Source: Lama guanicoe (lineage: Eukaryota). From it: a stretch of 64,000 nucleotides of DNA. Positions 1-12,623 of this stretch are shown one piece after another. The notes beneath the pieces are model-generated. The model saw only the letters and a list, made by a program, of their open reading frames with translations, was not told the origin of the DNA and made no database searches. How positions within the stretch are numbered: position 1 is the first letter of the stretch; each line of letters begins with the position of its first letter. A program made the position numbers and the translations under genes. The stretch covers positions 12,972,879-13,036,878 of the forward strand of contig MU053881.1 of assembly GCA_013239625.1 (NCBI GenBank), written 5' to 3'.

Positions 1-463
1 AGAATGTGTCAGGGAGCATTCTTGGCTCCATAATAAATGTAAATTTCAAAAAAAAAGACAACTTCCCTCATAGTGGTTTGTCTATATGTGATCAGTAGCT
101 CTCCCTTGCTTCTGTCTGTGTTTTTTTTTTCCAGTAATTTACATTTTAGCAGACCTGTCTCACATCTCTTACCTGTTCTACTTTTAATCTTCATTCTACC
201 ATAGGCTTATTTCTACATTCACCACCTTCACAATTTCTTCTCTGTTCACTTACTTATATTCCTTGTGGAAGCTTGGGCTCCATATGGAATCTTCTGCTAC
301 ATTTTATATTCTTCCAACCTATTTGGTACATCAGTTATAGTAATTCTGTAAAATAACATGCATCTGTTAAAAAGAATAAAGTGGATTCACATGGACTAAC
401 ATCAGTAGATTTTCCAAGTTAAAAAAAAAAAAAGAGCAGGTTACAGAAAAAAATGTAAAGTAG

Positions 464-953
464 TGTCGACTGAAAAAAATGCACAGCCTAGTTGAAAATT
501 ATGTTTTATTCAGCAGACATACTGAGGGCTTAAGCTCCAGAGTGAGTCCCTCAGATATCTCTGCAGGACTGTTCCTAACACGTCAGGGAGGAGCTAGATA
601 TGTAGAAGTTTTTGCAAAACAAACAAACAAAAATATACACACACATAAAACTGTGAAAAAAAACAGGTGGTTGGAACATCAAAAGATTACTGTTAATTAG
701 ACAAAAAAAGACATCTCAAGTTAATGAATTTAGTACTTTTCTATGTATTGGAAGACAGGAATCTGAGCTCATTGAAATCTTTTTTGTTGGTTTTTTTTTT
801 TTTGTTATGCACCTTAACTGTCCAGGGCCAGTAGCCTATTTTTTTCATCCTGAATCCCCTCAAGGTGCACCAGGGCAGGGGGCTGCAGTGGCTGAAGACT
901 TGATGGCTGCAACATCCCGTTACTAATGTGGCAGCTAACCTTGTTTGTCCATA
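464..953 (-). mobile_element. Solo LTR, ERV1 class (MER41-like ungulate family)
   Basis: Starts TGTCGACTG; 4-bp TSD GTAG at 460-463 and 954-957; reverse AATAAA near 505; inserted in an old L1ME-like 3' fragment (about 340-460). Confidence 0.75.
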
Positions 954-1011
954 GTAGCATAAATTGGAATAATATAAAATAAAAGAAGAGTTAATCTAAC
1001 TCTCATATCTA

Positions 1012-1175
1012 AAAGAATAGGCTAGATTATGCTTTGCAAATAAACAAACTGAAGGTTTCAGTAGATTGCAACAATAATAGTTTAGTTCTTCTTCATGCCT
1101 CAAGTCCACCAAGGAGTAGAAGGGGACTCTACATAATGCTGTGCTCACTACAAGACCCAGAGCATCAGGGCCTGG
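1012..1175 (-). mobile_element. MLT1 (MaLR) LTR fragment
   Basis: Resembles a reversed MLT1J-type 3' end. Confidence 0.45.
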
Positions 1176-2767
1176 CGTTAAAGGAAATGTTTACTTGTAA
1201 ACTGTATTCTTTGGTTCAGTATGACATTTAACAAGGATACATATAGTATTCAAGAACTACTTTGTAATTGAAAAAATACTTTTCCAATTATTGAGTAAGG
1301 ATAAAATATAAAAGTTATACAAAAGACTTTTATGAATAATTTTTCTTCTTTACATTTATTTTCTCAGTTAAAAATGATAAATATTATTTTAGAAGATGAT
1401 TCAGTGCTTTCACATTATGCTCAGTGCTTGTGGTACACTGACTGTTTATGAAGCCTTTTTTTTTTCCTTATAAAGTTTCTGCCCTCTTGTTGAGTCTTTG
1501 GGGGGAAAGGTTGATTGCCTTAGTTTTCAAGCAAGCATCCTGTAGAAAGAAGTGAAAACATAAAAAGAAATTTTTTTATAGCATTTAGCAAAAACATTTC
1601 TCTACTCCTCTACATCTGCAAAAGGACCCTAGTACAGAGAGCTAAAGCTAATGTCCATAAAGATGAGAGGAATTATTTTCTAGTCCTTTATGTTAGTAAA
1701 GGCTATGATGTCTGGAAATTGCTAATGGCCAAAGTCTTTGCAGGAATTACTAGATGTCCAGAGGCATCTGGAAAACATAGGAACTTTGAGAGGGACAGAG
1801 TTTGTTTTCTGCGGAACTTGGAAAGCCACATTAAAATGGATCTAAAAGTACCACAGCATAAGCAAGGTGCCACTGAGATTTTCTATCTGTATCCATTTTT
1901 TTTCTAAATTGTCCTAGGCAGACTGGAAAAAGGTGAGGAACCTTATCTTGTTCAGCAGTTTTAATTCTCTCTCTCTCCTCTTTTATTTATTTATTTTTTC
2001 TGTTGCCTGACTACATTTGTTTGCTCACCTTCTCTATGAACTCTTTAAAAGAGGAAAGGTAAATTATTTTATTGTCTCTAAACTTTATTTTCATATTCAG
2101 GAAATGGTCCATGCTGGTTAATTACATATTGCTGTTTTTTTTTTTAAAGCTTGATAATATTTATTACTTAAAAATTAGAGAGGATTTTACTTTAGGTTCA
2201 GGGATAAAAATTGTTCTGTTAATTTAACATACTACGTTCTTTCTTATAAGCCAGAAGTCAGACTTATCAGTGATTTTTCAGCAAGGTACGTGATTATATT
2301 CACCTTAGACCAACTAACATCTCAAGAAAAATATATTCAACTGTAGGTGCTGTACAATGTTGAGCTAGGTTCTGGGGCACAAGGATTGATAAGATGAGGT
2401 TTCTACATTTTGAATGATAGCATTTGAGTAGATAAATATAGGAAAAAAACTAAACTTTAAAAGTATGGTAAATTTTAAAATAATGTAGTTAATGAAAACG
2501 TGGAAGGGAGGCCACCTTGAAAGTTCAGGTAAGCCTTCTGCATACCTGAATCTGGAACTGGTTTTTAGAGGACTAAAGAATTTTAGACAGAAAGAACCCT
2601 GAATTATCGGACCCTGATCCCAAATGTGGCATCTGCTTGTCTTCCCCACTTCCACAAACAAACACACATTGAATACCTCTCTGACGTTATTTGTCATAAT
2701 AACTATCATCACTCCTTTCAAATCTTTATTATTAACGCTGCCTTCAGAATTAGATGTTAGGAACTTC

Positions 2768-3246
2768 TCAGTGTGAAAGCTCCTCCAAGAAGTCCAGATC
2801 ACATGCGTCTTCCAAATTCCATGGGTATTTAGAAAATGCCTTTTTGAAGCTTAAAACCATTTCAGAGGGACCAAGAGAAAGCAGCTGCTTCACACTGGAT
2901 TCTTCCTCAATCACAAGTTCATTAACTCCAGGACACAGCCCATTAGAGAGAGAAGGTCAAAGATTCACTTTCTACAAGGGGACGTGGAGATAAACTGCTG
3001 TATCGATGAAAACACAGTGGGAAACTCGCATCTTTCCTTTAGTCGAGGCTTCTATATGATAACAATTATGCAAGATTGAAAGTAGGTCACAAAGTTGTGT
3101 CAAAAATGACTTAGAAGGATTGAGTTTGGCAAAGAAATTGGGAAAGTAGTATTTTCCAATTACAGTGTCCTTTTATTGATCAAGTAATTTCATATATATA
3201 GTTGATATATATTGATCACCTAAGTGTTGATTTACTGGTATCTGGT
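2768..3246 (-). pseudogene. Fossil last exon: CNBD IV plus C-terminal tail
   Basis: LLDQ*KDTVIGKYYFPNFF, LCDLLSI and CEFPTVF (cf. TEYP hinge); open tail ...ACDLDFLEELSH* ending at 2768-2770. Confidence 0.55.
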
Positions 3247-3459
3247 CTAAATGGAGTAAGGGATAAAGCATTAAGCCAGAGAGACAAATTTTGGTTCTTG
3301 TTTTAGCCACTGATGACAGTGAGCAAGTTAAATTGACAATGAACAAGTTAAATGAATGAATGAATGAAATAACTTTGGAAGATTATTATAAAATGATCTA
3401 TGTGTAGAATGGAGAAAAGATTTTCTTACTGTTATGTCTAAGTATACTGAATATTTGCT

Positions 3460-3942
3460 TTTCGACAAAATATCTGTACAGTATTCACCCCCTTCTTCCT
3501 TGAGAGGAGAAATTCTGCACTTCAGGTAGCTTTGGTGAAAGACTGTACTGCATGTTCTAGAACTAAAGCTAGGCAGATCAGATTCTCTCCTACTTCAGCC
3601 TGATAGAGCAGGACACAGAAAGATTGATTAGTGCAGCTAATTGCATACTCCTGTTTAGAATTTTTACTCTTGATCAAATGATGCAGAGATGCAGTCAGAT
3701 ACTTAACAGAACTTATTCACCATGTCAGCTAGAGCACTGGTACCCAGACTTTTCCTCTTAAAAGTCATGTTTTCTGGTCCGTAGCTATCCACCCTCTCGT
3801 GCATCTTTGTTTTGTAAGTTTGAGTCTCCAAACTCCCAGTGCTTTGTGAACTCATAGTATTGCTCAAACAGATACCCATTCACTGGTTTGCAGCTACCAT
3901 ACTTGGTTTCTGTTGCATGCTAGCATGTGTATCTTAATAGTA
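3460..3942 (+). mobile_element. Old MLT1 (MaLR) LTR
   Basis: 3' end ttggtttctgttgcatgc...atagtaca is typical of MLT1 LTRs. Confidence 0.45.
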
Positions 3943-4084
3943 CACTAGGTCGTGTACGTCTACCGTTTAGAATGTACCTCTCACACAATAGAGTCTTGAT
4001 GCGCTGATGCTTGGAATTACCTCCTGTTAGCTCTGCTGTATTTCATACACCTGTCTCTCCCTCAGAAGCCTGTCTTATTACTGA

Positions 4085-4279
4085 GAAGAATAATTTAGAC
4101 AGCAGGGAGTTTTTCACATGGGATCTTGGAGATACGTTTTCATTTCCCTAAAAGGTTGTGAAATAATAATGCCTTGCTCTTTTTCCTATAATCTATAATT
4201 AAGAAAGTAGACATTTTGGGAGTTTTTCTGAGAAGTAGCTTGGTTGTTTCTATACCTTCATCAGTTTTTTAAACTGTTT
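4085..4279 (-). pseudogene. Fossil C-linker exon, repeat IV
   Basis: TTCCTTTAG acceptor; QFKKLMKV*KQPSYFSEKLP and VYFLNYRL*EKEQGIIISQPFREMKTYLQD, with TAG at the conserved Trp position. Confidence 0.6.
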
Positions 4280-4479
4280 CTAAAGGAATTATATACATAT
4301 ACATGAAGGAAAATATAATTAGACCATTTCTTAGTATTATTCCACACTTAGAACTTTGGATTTTATATTACACTATGTTATATAGTATCAGTATTTATAA
4401 TACACTATAGTATATTATAGTGTAGTATTTTATTACTAAAATATGTAATTATTTTTTCATATAATTATGCTTTCACTCT

Positions 4480-4945
4480 ATATTAACATTGTAATACAAG
4501 GCTATACAGATTGTCACTCTGAAGTAGTTGGTGTCCTGTGAGTAATAGAGCCTTTAAAATTTTCTTTATCATATGTAGTAAGCAATTATTGAATGCCACA
4601 CTTGCATTCCTTGTCTCTAATATAAGTTGCTATAAAAAGAACATGAAAATAAAATAGAAGACCCAGGAAATACTCTTGAGGAATTCAAATGTTTTTCAGT
4701 GCATTTCAGTGCAACAAAGAAAGAACATCTTGCATATGAATCTATGAAATATTTGTGTGTACGTACACACTATTACTTACATACAAGGTGTAACATATAT
4801 TCACATATGTACTCATTGATTTTAAACAGTATAATTCTAAAAATTTATGTTGATTCTGGACCAGCAATCTGTACAGTAGAAAATAATTTTTTTGACCTTT
4901 TATAAGACAATTACATTTCCATGATACATACTTTAGTTTGAAGTA
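4480..4945 (-). pseudogene. Fossil S4-S5-pore-S6 of repeat IV
   Basis: WKCNCLIKG (S4, cf. RFNRLLRF); IFHRFICKMFF (S5); ISWVF (turret); LLTT...GSI...PTTSE...ITMLI (cf. SPNTNSEKIFSICVMLI). Confidence 0.45.
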
Positions 4946-5072
4946 CTACAGAGGTCATTTTCTTGCTGTTATTTGAAAGAAGGGAGGGGAGAGGAGCTAG
5001 GAAGAGAAAGGCAATTTATGAGATTAAGTGGAAAATCAATAGAGTAATTGTTCTTTTAGCTAGAATGCATAC

Positions 5073-5460
5073 CTTGTATTTCTTGATTCCTTCTCAATTC
5101 TTTTGTACACAAAAGAGAAAAGTCACAAATGGAAGATGGATGGTTCATCTGCAGTGAAATGTGGTCTTTGTGATTGTTGATAAATAGGGAAGAACAGTGT
5201 CTCCGAGGATCTCATGCACTGTGTTGAAGCACATATGACTGAGAATATAATGAAATGGATGATGGAGGGATAGGCTATGACTGAGTTTATTTTGATTGAA
5301 GCCCAAAGTACCAAATAATTGTTGATCTTTGATTTGTTTGTAATTGGGACACAATAAAGACATATGAAGAATGCTTATAAGTATCTGACTAAATAGTAAT
5401 GGCAGTTGCCAAACCCAATGAATATCAAATATGATTCTGTTCCGCTCCATCAAGGGCCTA
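5073..5460 (-). pseudogene. Fossil S1-S3 of repeat IV
   Basis: HWVWQLPLLFSQILISIL (S1); VIAYPSIIHFIIFSVI/CFNTVHEILGDTVL (S2 and loop); HFTADEPSIFHL*LFSFV (S3, cf. QFKLDVASIIPTDLIYF); AG|GTATGC donor. Confidence 0.6.
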
Positions 5461-6229
5461 CTATGGATAAAACAAAGTGTTTATTCTGGGAATAGACAAT
5501 CTGAGTCACCCATTGACTGATGGAAGATATTCCATTGACTTTGGCAAAGAGGAAAGTTGGATATTACAGTTTTACTACTGGAGTTCCTGTTGCAGGGCAT
5601 TTATGACTCTCATTTTTTTATTTTAATCAGTTTTAGCCCAGTGGCTTGTTCTTTTAGGCTCTGAACAAATATTTGTTCAATGAATTAATGAATGTTCACT
5701 GAAATTAGTTTCTATTTCCTGAGAACATATCAAGAGGAAACAAAGGTAAAAGGAAGAGGTACCCCTTGAGTAGATGAGAATCTGGGAAAGTTACCCTGGC
5801 AAAGGGAGATGGTAAAGAGCATCATGCACCTCAATAAGTATATTCTTAAATTCTGAAATTGGTTACCTGATTGAAATACGAATTTCAGTTTTACTCTTGG
5901 ACTTAGTCCTGGGACAGACCTAGACCCTGAATGTTTTAGATAACTAAGGGCAAGGAGAGGTGGGTTTTTCACTCTGGCTCAACTCTGCCCTTCCCATGTG
6001 ACATAAGGCTATACCTTAAACTCTCTGATTCTTGGTAATATTCTACCTTAGACCTGGTGGGTAGAGGAAGCATTAAAAAGGGTATTTATCAAAGGAGTCC
6101 TGACTCACAGATAATAGTAAAGCCAGCCAACTCATACTGAGAGACTTTTAAAATGAAGTTACTTCCACGGGGGTGCCAAGCATACACTCAGCGTCTAATC
6201 TCAAAGCATCCTTTTAACAGCAGACTTAC

Positions 6230-6645
6230 ATAGCACAGGCGAGGCAGTGCTCATAAGGGAAAATCTTGGAGGGATGTAAAGTCATGATTCTTTTCTCAAA
6301 AGTAGAGAAGTCTGTATAAAAGATTCATGTAATGAAGGCAATGTATTCTGGCAATGTCCTTTCGTAAAATAATAACCAGTCACCCCATGTAGGCTATTTT
6401 GAAGGTAAAACCAAAGATAGCCAAAGCTTTAGAACGGTGTGAAGTAGCATATACTGCATATAAGACAATATTTATATATAATTTGTATTCCAGTATTGGT
6501 TTCCTCATTCTTCCTAGCTTACTTTCAGTAGGCATGCCTGCCTCTGGGGCTCTACTGGTTGTGTATGGCCATGCAGTGTCCACTAATGGTGCTGATACCA
6601 TAATGTTGCTCAGTTTTGACTACCACTTCTATTTTTTTTTCCATC
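6230..6645 (-). pseudogene. Fossil C-linker plus CNBD, repeat III
   Basis: EKKIEVVVKTEQHYGIS; YATSHRSKALAIFGF (cf. KCNH GATKGCLRALAMKF); GDWLLFYERTLPEYIAFIT* (cf. GDTLVHAGDLLTALYFISR); EKRIMTLHPSKIF; GTAAGT donor. Confidence 0.65.
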
Positions 6646-6649
6646 TGTG

Positions 6650-6915
6650 CTTTTGTTGATGGTTTACTATGTGCTAGCAATATAATAGCAGTATAACTGG
6701 TGCTGGATTTTTACAGTGGTTCAAAGTATAGATACCAGATAGAGTCCTAGCCCTCATGGAGATTGCGGTACAGTGTGACAAAAACTGTACGAAGTGTTTA
6801 TTAACTTTTTCTTTAAGCCTTTGCAACCCCTCTATGATACCAATACAGTGATTTTACTTCAGTCTAATACCAAGGATACTGAGGAACTAAAAAATTTTAA
6901 AAACTTAAACCAAGG
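6650..6915 (-). mobile_element. L2 3' end followed by a MIR fragment
   Basis: tttactatgtgcta...gtcctagccctcatggag matches the reversed L2 3' end; MIR-like core follows. Confidence 0.55.
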
Positions 6916-6994
6916 TCTTTTTATTAAAGATTTGCCCATTGCTGGGATTGCCTTAAATAGGATGTAAATATTTCTATATTGTAATAAACTGACA

Positions 6995-7440
6995 ATCTAA
7001 TGCATTTAGAAGCCTTCTGGATTCAAAATCCAAAAATCTTACTCCAACTGACTGATTTCAGGAGGTTCAGGTAATTCAGGCTGGCTGGAAAAGGGACCAC
7101 ACTTCTTAATGATGGCTCAGAACTTAATTTCTCTGTCTCTTGAACTCACAGCTCTCTTCCATGTGTTGACCCACTCCAAGAGAGGGTCTCTTCCTGTGAT
7201 TACGTTATGTCAGACAGAGGTATCACGGGCAAAATCTTTCCAACTTCAGCTCCAGAGCAAAGTTGTGATACCTTTTCTGGTATTCTTAGCAGAGATCCTA
7301 GGATTTAACCTGTCCCTTATTTAAGCCACACTGACTTAAAAAGGCATGTTCTCATCCTGATTCGTGTGAACTGAAATTATGTGTGTGGGGGAGGAGCATC
7401 CCCAAACAGAAACTGAAGATGTTCCTAGAATAGGCAAACC
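6995..7440 (-). mobile_element. MLT1K/L-like LTR
   Basis: ttcaggctggctgga...tttctctgtctct...ctcttccatgtgttg pattern. Confidence 0.4.
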
Positions 7441-7699
7441 GTTTATAAATGAACACCACACCCATCACGTACCTGAGGTTCATCTGCTCTCCAGCTGCCC
7501 TCATTCCTCTTCCAGGCAAGTCCTGTCTAGAAGTGCTGAGCAGCTTACAACACTCAGGAGTCATCCAACCAGGGCATAGAGAGGGAAGGCACACTTGAAA
7601 CTTCAGACCGCAGGGAATTAGGATCAAGTGCACCATCAGTTTAAGTAAGTGGCAAGGTGCTTAAAGCAGACCTGAAGCTTCCTGCCTGTACGCTCTCAG

Positions 7700-8046
7700 G
7701 CCTTACCACTGTCACACACAATTGCCCTGACTCTCTGCTCACTGAGGATTCTCTCTGGCAGCTGGAGCCTGTTCTCCCCAGGCCACTGCAGGCTTCAAGG
7801 GCCAGAGAATTAATGTTCAGCTAGTGATCCCTCGGTGAGATGGCCCTGAGACACATGTGCCACATTGACCCCCAGCTTCGTTCTAGTGAGGACTAAGATC
7901 CAGTTAATTGACATGACAAGGTGGACTGTCTTTCCTTCTCTGTCTTGCTTCCTTGTTTTTCTTTCAGCATCTTCCAGGGTCACCTTCCAAATAAACCACC
8001 CGTCCTTGAACCATTGACTTGGAATCTGAAAATGATCACCTAGACA
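7700..8046 (+). mobile_element. ERVL LTR (LTR33-like)
   Basis: 3' end ggtcaccttccaaataaacc...cctagaca. Confidence 0.55.
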
Positions 8047-8099
8047 GTAATCCCATAGGATACAGTCTTTTAAATATTTTTGCCAAATATTTTTCTTTC

Positions 8100-8438
8100 A
8101 TTGTCATAATCTTCTTATGAGAGTATAAAAAAGTAAGGAGGAGAGGAGTGCATAATCTCCTTCCCAGAATCCTCTCAACATGTTTTCCATAACAAGTACA
8201 AAAGACATACCTTCATTATTCTATATTTTACAGACAGAAAACTTAAATAGCATGATCAGATAAAAATATAAAAATTGAATTTCCAGTCCTATTTTCTTTT
8301 CACAGTTAACTGCCATGATTGCTCCCACAAAAAGAAGAATTTAAGGAGGAGAGAAAGAGAACAATAAAAGAAAGAGAAATCACAAAGATTTTTATGTAGA
8401 GCTGGCTACTAAATAAGTCAAATAAGTTTCTTTAAACC
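8100..8438 (-). pseudogene. Fossil S1/S2-S3 of repeat III (two pieces: 8304-8438 and about 8100-8220)
   Basis: SQLYIKIFVISLSFIVLFLSSL; NNEG...EIMHSSPPYFFI; flanked by candidate introns of 73 and 83 nt. Confidence 0.35.
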
Positions 8439-8511
8439 CTGCTGCAAACAATAATTCTATTTTTGAATTTTTTTAAATAAAATAACTGGTACTTTATACA
8501 GATAAGTTTAC

Positions 8512-8900
8512 CTATGCTGTTTTGGCCACTTGAGTATGCCGTGAGTTAATTCCATTAACTTACTGCTAGGGACCTACTCGAAGTCTTTGCTAATTTAATA
8601 CAGTGGCTATTACTGAAATGCTAACTACAGCACTCAACGGGGATAATTTTATTCTCCAAGTAGCCAAAATGTTTATAAAATGAGCTCAATTAAAAGATTA
8701 AAAATGGGCAGATAATTTTTGACTATTTCTAATTATCAAGTTAAATTTGTATTCAACACATTTTTCTTAAGTAATGGTAATCAAATCTAGAATATAATCA
8801 TACAATTAATCATTTGCTTTTCAAATGTAAGCTTTATTCAGAAAATTAGCAACTGTGCTAAAGAAACCAAACCTTTTACTAATTTTAATGAAAAATTTTA
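8512..8900 (-). pseudogene. Fossil CNBD, repeat II
   Basis: LVKGLVSLAQLLIF...KQND, HFGYLE and ISKDFE*V across frames; very degenerate; GTAAAC donor. Confidence 0.4.
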
Positions 8901-9199
8901 ATAAAACATCAGTATAATATATACTAAGTCCAAAAGCTGAATGTAGTTTTTGGTGTGGGTATTTTTTAGCATTTGTTTCCTAACAGAACATTTGCTTCAT
9001 TTGATGTTGATATTTAATTTGACTGCCTAAATTATAATTTATTAAGATAAATTGATATATAAGAAAATATTACCTGAAAAAAACTATGTTTTAAGCAGAG
9101 AGATAAATTCACGTACATACACACAATATCTTTGGAATCAATGTATATTTTTGAATAGGTGAAAAGTGCCCATGCATCCCTTGATATTTATTTTTATGC

Positions 9200-10370
9200 T
9201 CAAACTATCATGGATGACTGTTATTTTTTATATATTTTATTTTTATTGTACATTTATTTGAAAGGGTAATAGATGCTCATAGTCTATAATCTGAAAATTA
9301 AAAAAAGTCATTGAGCGTTAAAAAAAAAAATTCCTCGCACAGTTTGCTCCCTGATCCTCCAGTACCACTAGCCATTGGCTACTAACTTTCCTAGCTTCTT
9401 GAATACCCCTCTAGAAGTTGTCTACGTGTATACATAAGAACACAGAGATACACCGCCTCTACCGTGTAACACAGCTGTAGCTTTCTATAAACATTTTTCT
9501 TCACCTTTGCTCTTCTTGTGTAGTTTAGAAATTCTATATCACTCCATGAAAATTGCCCAGTCCTTTCTAAGCTACTGCACAGCTTAATGTTGTGTAAATA
9601 TACATTACTTATGTAACTATTTTCAGTCCTTTTCTCTCACTGAGCTACTGTGGTGAAATTCTTCAATATACATCCATAAATATACCTTTTGGATACATTT
9701 ATAGGAATAGAATTGCCGGTGCAGGCATATGCATTTCAAATTTATAAAGATCCCGTGGAGTTGTCTTCCATGGTGGTTGCAATCATTTATCTTCCATAGT
9801 AACAAAAGGTGAGTGTGCCTTTTCACCTATATCCTAACTGATAGGGTGATTTATTACACTTTTTTCAGCTTTACCAATAAGGCAGTTTAAAAATGTCAAT
9901 GTGTGGTTTTAATTTGGAGTTCTTACATTAAGAGTAAGGCTGAACATTTTTCTCAGAGGTTTAAAAGTATTTATATTACTTTTCTTTGATATATATTCTT
10001 GCCATTTACTCATTTTTTTCCTATTGAATGTTTTATATTTTTATTATTTTGTAAGAGCCATTTATACATTAAAAAATAAGCCCTTTAATATTTGGTGGAA
10101 AATAGTCCCTTCCAGTTTGTCAAGTATCTTTGGCTTTTTTAGTATGTATGTGTGTGTATGTAACTTTTCCCAAGTAGAGAAATGTTTTCCCCATGTATTT
10201 GAATTTATCTCCAACTTTTGAAAATAGTTTTTTTTTGAGCCATATTTAGAAAAGCTTTCCCACTCTTAGATGCTTAAGGAAAAAAAAATCTCCAATATTT
10301 CTTTTTCTCTTACCTTTAAATCTTTGTTTTGACTGATACTAATTTTCATAGAAGGAATGAGGTTTAGAAT
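9200..10370 (-). mobile_element. Old L1M fragment
   Basis: Reversed L1 3' region motifs (ggaatagaattgcc, gtggttttaattt, ggctgaacattttt). Confidence 0.65.
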
Positions 10371-11104
10371 TAATTTATGTTCCATAGGTGGGTTCTTCAG
10401 CTACTGAGGAGGGTCACTGATTAATGGGGGGAAAGTAGCACATAGTCAGAGGTGCTCACACGATATTAGGGAAAAAGGCTCCCTCCTGTGCCGGGAGCCT
10501 CCCTTCCCCTCAGCGCCTGGACGATGTCAGGCAGCTGCGGGTGACCTACTGCTCGCCGCGCTGGGGCCTGCGGGGCCTGGAAGGCTGAGTGATTGCCGTG
10601 CCAAAGCCCTCTTTTACTCGTGGCTTTTATTGTCAGTCCAAGAAAATTTATGAAAATATAGAAGCATGTAGTTTTCTGGGTCAGCTCCATGTCAGCGGGT
10701 CCCTGTTCTCACCCGGGGGAGAAAAGGGAGGTCAGTTCTCAGGTATTCTAAACACTAACTCATCATTCTGAAAACCCACTTTTCAGTTACCCATTTTCCT
10801 CAGTGAAATATGTTGACTGCAACTTTTCCGCAGTTATTTAAAATGACTTGAATAAACATAAAATATCTATGAATCTTTAAAATGGTTCTGAACTATTTCT
10901 GTTTTATCTGTTTCATTTTTTTTTTTAATCTTTGTTCTGCTTTGGTACCACATTGCTCTAACTATGGGAGCTTTATATTGTATTTTCTAAATAATATTGC
11001 CAGGTTTTCATTCTTATTCTTCTTTTTGGGAGTCTTCATCATATGCCTGTATATTTGTGTCTATATGTGTGTGTATGTAAGTTTTTTTGGATAGACTAAA
11101 GATA

Positions 11105-11240
11105 TTAATCCCCATATTGTATATAAGAAAACCGAATATTGAAGAAATAAAATGTCTTATCCCAATTCATATAACTGATAAGCTCCAGAACAGGGATTTG
11201 AACTCAGCTGTGTCTTAACTCCCAAGTCTATGTATTCTTT
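11105..11240 (-). mobile_element. MIR
   Basis: atccccatatt...agaaaaccga...gggatttgaactcag core. Confidence 0.6.
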
Positions 11241-11819
11241 ACATAGATAACGATGCCAGAGACACTAGGATGTGCAAGGTTATTCTCCAAACAGAGGAAC
11301 CCCTGCAGTGGAGGGAAAGTAGATAAGGGGCAGGGCACAAGGTTGAAGTGTAAGTTTTTGTGGAGAGCGAGCTATGGAGAAACTTTTGTTACAGGACAGC
11401 ATGGCCAAAAAAAAGGTGCTGTCAGTTCTGGTAGGAACCCATCAGATGAGTGAGAAAGTGTGCTGTTCTAGTCCAAGGCTCATTAAAATTGGAGGGGAGT
11501 TGAGGAGATCAAAGTAAGCAAATGATGTATTGCTTTATTTCAGGAGTTTGTAATCTTAATAATGAAATGATCATTAGTACAACTCCATTATACATATACA
11601 CATATACATCACATGTGGGCATATGTGTGTGTGTGAATGTATATAATATATTCACACATAGTCAAATAACTTTATTTTTTGAAAGTATTAGAAAACAAAT
11701 AATGGGTAAAAAATTATAGAATAGGAGAGAAAAATCAAGCAACCATTCACAGAGGAACTAACTACATGTGTAATTCAATATAACTGTAAATCCTGCTTTT
11801 GCTAAGGAGACATCCTTAC

Positions 11820-12004
11820 TCATTTCCCACATCGCGGTGGGTTTAGGTACGCAGCTTAGGATAGGATGTGGGGGACTTGGACTATTCAGTACGAATACAG
11901 GAGAAGAATTACAGATGCTAGAGGTGACAGAGACAGGAGAGAGGTACCAGCACGGTGGGCACTCCACAGGTAGACAAGGAGACTTGATAGACGTCTTTCC
12001 CTTC
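11820..12004 (-). pseudogene. Fossil C-linker exon, repeat II
   Basis: CTCTCCTTCAG acceptor; joins in phase with the previous exon to give RSLPG-RERRLSSLLVYLWSAHRAG (cf. [23 protein letters not shown]); 3' end uncertain (GTAAGG at 11819). Confidence 0.65.
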
Positions 12005-12264
12005 CTGAAGGAGAGTTATTCTGAATTGCTGTTATTTACAACTTAGAGGGCCATATAACAGCTCCCACAGAGGCAGAATCAGATAACACAGAAAGGTTTG
12101 TTTCAGGCTGTGTATAATTTCCAGTGAAGAATAGATTTTCCCCTGTATTCTTCTCCCTTATGATTAAAAAAAGAAAAATTATAGGAAGATATTATTGTTT
12201 GGTCACAAAATAAGGCTAACAGTCTTATTAGGTTTGACCTGGTCATTTGCATAAGAATAGAATA

Positions 12265-12378
12265 TGAAAATGAGTATATGTATGTATATGCATGACTAGG
12301 ACATTGTGGTGTACACCGGAAATTGACATATTGTAAATGGCTATACTTCAATTAAAAAAAAAGAAAGGGGGTAAAAAA
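12265..12378 (+). mobile_element. Short 5'-truncated young L1 3' end
   Basis: gcatgactaggacattgtg...cttcaattaaaaaa; TSD aagaa(t/c)agaata at 12253-12264 and 12379-12390. Confidence 0.8.
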
Positions 12379-12623
12379 AAGAACAGAATAAGTGCTGATT
12401 TACCAAAGAGGCTCTCCTAATTTTGCTATGCTTGATGCTTTCATAAAGAATCTCATACTGGATTTTCAAATCCTTCTTAATTTTTTTTTTTTTTTTTTAC
12501 TATTTGGAGGTAGGACACAAACCCAAGAAATTCTTTCCTCCAGGTTTAACCTACAATATGTATAAATTTGGACACATTCCTCTCTTTTGAAGGTCCCCAA
12601 AATATCCCAGTGTTCCTACTTGC

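Noticed and set aside
4400..4424. AT-rich palindrome (also short inverted repeats near 25886 and 50934)
   Set aside because: Stems of 7-9 bp are expected by chance in AT-rich DNA.
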